The position numbers were made by a program, and so were the translations under genes. The notes beneath the pieces were generated by a model. The model searched no databases. It was not told where the DNA came from and saw only the letters and a list, made by a program, of their open reading frames with translations. A stretch of DNA of 64,000 bases from assembly GCA_038109055.1 (NCBI GenBank), contig JAYNIM010000002.1, positions 111,759 through 175,758 of the forward strand. The letters run 5' to 3'. Below are positions 60,926 through 64,000 of the stretch, piece by piece (positions within the stretch are counted from its first letter, which is position 1; each line of letters starts with the position of its first letter). The stretch comes from a bacterium. Lineage in GTDB: Bacteria > Margulisbacteria > Marinamargulisbacteria > GCA-2716485 > JAYNIM01.

Positions 60926-61399
60926 ATGAACCTTAAACTAGAAATAATTATAAAATTAGAAAATGATGTATACACAATTACTACTCCATCATTTCCAAAT
61001 TGTTCAGGGGAACATGAAACAATTGATGGCGCCTTAAAAAAATTGAACACATCCATAACAAAACAAATAAGCAATAACTTCTCAGAAATATTGAAAGATG
61101 CACTAGATAAAAAAAACTATACAGAGATAATTACGAGCACTAAAAAAAGAACAAATTTTGAGCATAGAGTATATGATTTATTACAGAAAAAGTCGCCTTT
61201 CAATAAGGAAATAATATATAAACATGAAACATCTGAAAGTACCTTAGGACAAATAGATTTTTTCAATATACTACACAACGAGCCACGTCCCATATCAGAC
61301 GCAAATACGGTCTATACAAACGAAGAAAATAGCGATACAACTGAAAAAGATACATTTATAGAAAAAAAAGTATTTCTATACCCACTTTCACTTAATTAA
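60926..61399 (+). CDS. Hypothetical protein with a HicB-like N-terminal domain
   Basis: YTITTPSFPNCSGEHETIDGALKKL. Confidence 0.5.
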   Translation: MNLKLEIIIKLENDVYTITTPSFPNCSGEHETIDGALKKLNTSITKQISNNFSEILKDALDKKNYTEIITSTKKRTNFEHRVYDLLQKKSPFNKEIIYKHETSESTLGQIDFFNILHNEPRPISDANTVYTNEENSDTTEKDTFIEKKVFLYPLSLN

Positions 61400-61404
61400 T
61401 CAAG

Positions 61405-63126
61405 ATGACAAGCCACTTAGAAAAAATTAGACACAGTGCAGCTCATGTTTTAGCCCAAGCTGTTTTAAAACTGTACCCAGATGCAAAATTAGGAATAGGC
61501 CCAACCATTGAAATGGGATTTTATTATGACTTCGATATAGATATAAAAATTACAGAAAAAGACTTACCCAAGATAGAAGAAGAAATGCATAGAATATGCA
61601 AAGAAGCTCAAGAGTTCAATCACTACACAAAAACAAAAGAACAGGCTTTAGCATTAACAAAACATCTAAATCAACCCTACAAACAACTATTAATAGAAGA
61701 ATTAAACCTAAAAGAATATTCATTTTATGAAAATGGACCATTTGTTGATTTATGTAAAGGACCTCATATACACAACACAAAAGAAATAAAACATCTAAAA
61801 TTATTAAAAGTTGCAGGTGCATACTGGCGTGGCTCTGAAAAAAACACGATGCTTCAAAGAATATATGGCACTGCCTTCGAAAACAAAGAAGAATTAAAAA
61901 AACATTTAGTAAATATAGAAGAAGCCAAAAAAAGAGACCATCGACATTTAGGAAAACAATTAGACTTATTTAGCTTTAATGAATCCATAGGAAGCGGACT
62001 TGTACTATGGCACCCAAAAGGGACGCAATTATGCGAAACTATTGAACAAAAATGGAAAGAAGATCACAAAAACGAAGACTATGAGTTTATAAAAACACCC
62101 CATGTAGGAAAAGCATGTTTATGGGAAACAAGTGGACATTTAGATTTTTACAAAGAAAGTATGTATGGCAGCAGTATAATTGAAGAACAAGAACACTACA
62201 TAAAACCAATGAACTGTCCATTTCATATTATGATATACAAAAACAAAAATCATTCCTACAAAGAATTACCAGTGAAGTATGCTGAACTTGGTACAGTCTA
62301 TAGAAATGAACGATCTGGGGTACTTCATGGCTTATTAAGAGCACGCGGATTTACGCAAGATGATGCCCATATTATTTGTAGAAAAACTCAAATAGACATT
62401 GAAATAAAAAAAGTTTTAAAGCTATGTTTAACGACACTAAATCGTTACAACTTCAAAAACATAGAAGCATTTTTATCTACAAAACCAAGTGAAAAGTTTG
62501 TAGGTAAAAATAATGAATGGAAAGAAGCCGAAAACGCCCTAAAAAAAGCCCTAGAAAGTGAAAAAGTGCCATATAAAGTCGACAAAGGCGGAGGTGCTTT
62601 TTATGGACCAAAGATAGATTTAAAAATAAAAGACGCAATAGGAAGAACATGGCAATGTTCAACAATACAATTCGATTTTAATTTACCTACCCGTTTTGAA
62701 TTAACCTACATAAATGAAAAAGGGATTAAGGAAACTCCTTACATGATCCATAGGGCAATCTTTGGCTCTGTAGAACGTTTTATAGGTATATTAATCGAAC
62801 ATTACAACGGAGAATTCCCCTTTTGGCTAGCCCCAATTCAAGTACAAATATTAAATATAAGCACTGACTGTATACCCTATTGTAAAAAAATAGAATCTAT
62901 CTTAAAACAACACAATATTAGGGTTAAAACTGATCTTAGAGAAGAAAAAATATCAAAGAAAATAAAAAAAGCGATAGAAGAAAAAACCCCATATATGTTT
63001 ATTATCGGCCAAAATGAGGTAATAAATGAGAAAGTAACTATAAGAACAAAGAAAGAAATATCAGAAATTACCTCGCTAAAAGAGTTCATCAAAGAAAGTA
63101 AAAACTTTGACAAAGAAAAGAATTAA
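61405..63126 (+). CDS. thrS: Threonine-tRNA ligase lacking the N-terminal TGS domain
   Basis: RHSAAH, DLCKGPH, RDHR, KPMNCP, FYGPKID, HRAIFGS. Confidence 0.99.
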   Translation: MTSHLEKIRHSAAHVLAQAVLKLYPDAKLGIGPTIEMGFYYDFDIDIKITEKDLPKIEEEMHRICKEAQEFNHYTKTKEQALALTKHLNQPYKQLLIEELNLKEYSFYENGPFVDLCKGPHIHNTKEIKHLKLLKVAGAYWRGSEKNTMLQRIYGTAFENKEELKKHLVNIEEAKKRDHRHLGKQLDLFSFNESIGSGLVLWHPKGTQLCETIEQKWKEDHKNEDYEFIKTPHVGKACLWETSGHLDFYKESMYGSSIIEEQEHYIKPMNCPFHIMIYKNKNHSYKELPVKYAELGTVYRNERSGVLHGLLRARGFTQDDAHIICRKTQIDIEIKKVLKLCLTTLNRYNFKNIEAFLSTKPSEKFVGKNNEWKEAENALKKALESEKVPYKVDKGGGAFYGPKIDLKIKDAIGRTWQCSTIQFDFNLPTRFELTYINEKGIKETPYMIHRAIFGSVERFIGILIEHYNGEFPFWLAPIQVQILNISTDCIPYCKKIESILKQHNIRVKTDLREEKISKKIKKAIEEKTPYMFIIGQNEVINEKVTIRTKKEISEITSLKEFIKESKNFDKEKN

Positions 63127-63166
63127 TGATAATTTCAAATTTCATTATTTTTAAGGAGTCAATTTT

Positions 63167-63661
63167 ATAAAAAATTTTATTTTAAATAATCGTATAAAGG
63201 CAAAAGAAGTTCGTCTTATAGATGAAAAAGGAAAACAACTAGGAATTGTGCCAATAAGCGAAGCAAGAGAACTAGCAAACGAAAGAGAATTAGATTTATT
63301 ACTAGTAACAGAAAATACAACACCTCCTGTATGCAAAATTATAAATATAGGCGAATACAAATATCATCAAAAGAAAAAGGAAAAAAATAATAAAACAACA
63401 AACATAATAAAAGAACTTAAAATGCGGCCCAGCATTTCGACAAATGACTTCAAAGTCCGTGTGGAAAAAGCAAAGGGTTTTCTTAAAAAAAAATTTAAGG
63501 TAAAATTAACTGTCTTTTTTAAAGGAAGAGAAATTGTTCATCAAGACCTAGGTCACAAAATACTAGAAAAATTTATAGAAGAAACAAAAGAATACGGAGT
63601 AAAAATAGATAATACAAATAAAAAAGGTAGATTTTTAATAACAATAATAAACCCAAAATGA
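63167..63661 (+). CDS. infC: Translation initiation factor IF-3 with an ATA start
   Basis: AAGGAG at 63153-63158, 8 nt before in-frame [28 protein letters not shown]. Confidence 0.93.
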   Translation: MKNFILNNRIKAKEVRLIDEKGKQLGIVPISEARELANERELDLLLVTENTTPPVCKIINIGEYKYHQKKKEKNNKTTNIIKELKMRPSISTNDFKVRVEKAKGFLKKKFKVKLTVFFKGREIVHQDLGHKILEKFIEETKEYGVKIDNTNKKGRFLITIINPK

Positions 63662-63870
63662 AAAACAAAATTAAAACAAAAAAATCAGCTCTAAAAAGAA
63701 TCAAAATTTCAGGGAAAGGCAAACTAACTCGCTATAAAGCTGGAATGCGCCATTTACTGGAACATAAAAATAGTAACAAAAAGAGAAAACAGCGTTTAAA
63801 ACAAAATGATGTTTCAATATCAAAAGCAGATGAACCAAGAATAAAAAAAATGTTAGGACAAATTAAATAA
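63658..63870 (+). CDS. rpmI: 50S ribosomal protein L35
   Basis: [18 protein letters not shown]; follows infC. Confidence 0.95.
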   Translation: MKNKIKTKKSALKRIKISGKGKLTRYKAGMRHLLEHKNSNKKRKQRLKQNDVSISKADEPRIKKMLGQIK

Positions 63871-63871
63871 A

Positions 63872-64000
63872 ATGACCAGAGTAAAGAGAGGCAATGTAGC
63901 CAGAAAAAGAAGAAAGAAAATATTAAAACGTTGCTCAGGATTCAGAGCAGCATTATCCAAGCTATATAGACCCGCACATCAAGCATACATTCATGCAATG
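63872..64000 (+). CDS. rplT: 50S ribosomal protein L20, 3'-truncated by the window edge
   Basis: [25 protein letters not shown]. Confidence 0.95.
   Translation, partial: MTRVKRGNVARKRRKKILKRCSGFRAALSKLYRPAHQAYIHAM

Noticed and set aside
390..63360. Numerous 60-180 aa ORFs overlapping larger genes (e.g. 14394-14939, 11551-11970, 57993-58307)
   Set aside because: They are antisense or alternate-frame shadows of well-supported genes and have no recognisable motifs.

Overview
A 64-kb AT-rich chromosomal segment from a diderm bacterium (BamA, Skp and LptD-like genes). Gene content and the cyanobacteria-like tmRNA tag suggest Margulisbacteria or another non-photosynthetic relative of Cyanobacteria; this is inference only. 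Most of the window is housekeeping: tig-clpPX, ahpC-sod, leuCD, ssrA, dnaB, hemACDL, uvrA, nadA, rho, ligA, secG-bamA-skp and thrS-infC-rpmI-rplT. The standout feature is two separate stripped-down flagellar-motor gene modules with no export gate, rod, hook, flagellin, FliN or chemotaxis genes anywhere in the window. Module 1 (10.6-17.7 kb) encodes MotA, MotB, a FliF lacking RBM1/RBM2, FliG, a FliM middle domain only, and two YjbH-like beta-barrel/TPR proteins. It lies directly downstream of a Csu-like chaperone-usher pilus cluster and a TMTC-like glycosyltransferase. Module 2 (36.3-40.3 kb) encodes a TPR/SPOR-like exported protein, a single FliF(RBM3)-FliG fusion, MotA and MotB. Together they suggest a non-flagellar ring-rotor machine in the cell envelope. 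Other observations are a decayed serine-recombinase island at the tmRNA 3' end carrying a CMAH-like hydrolase, three genes that must start at non-canonical codons, several candidate leaderless promoters, and a strong strand compositional skew. All family assignments come from motif recognition by eye, not from database searches.
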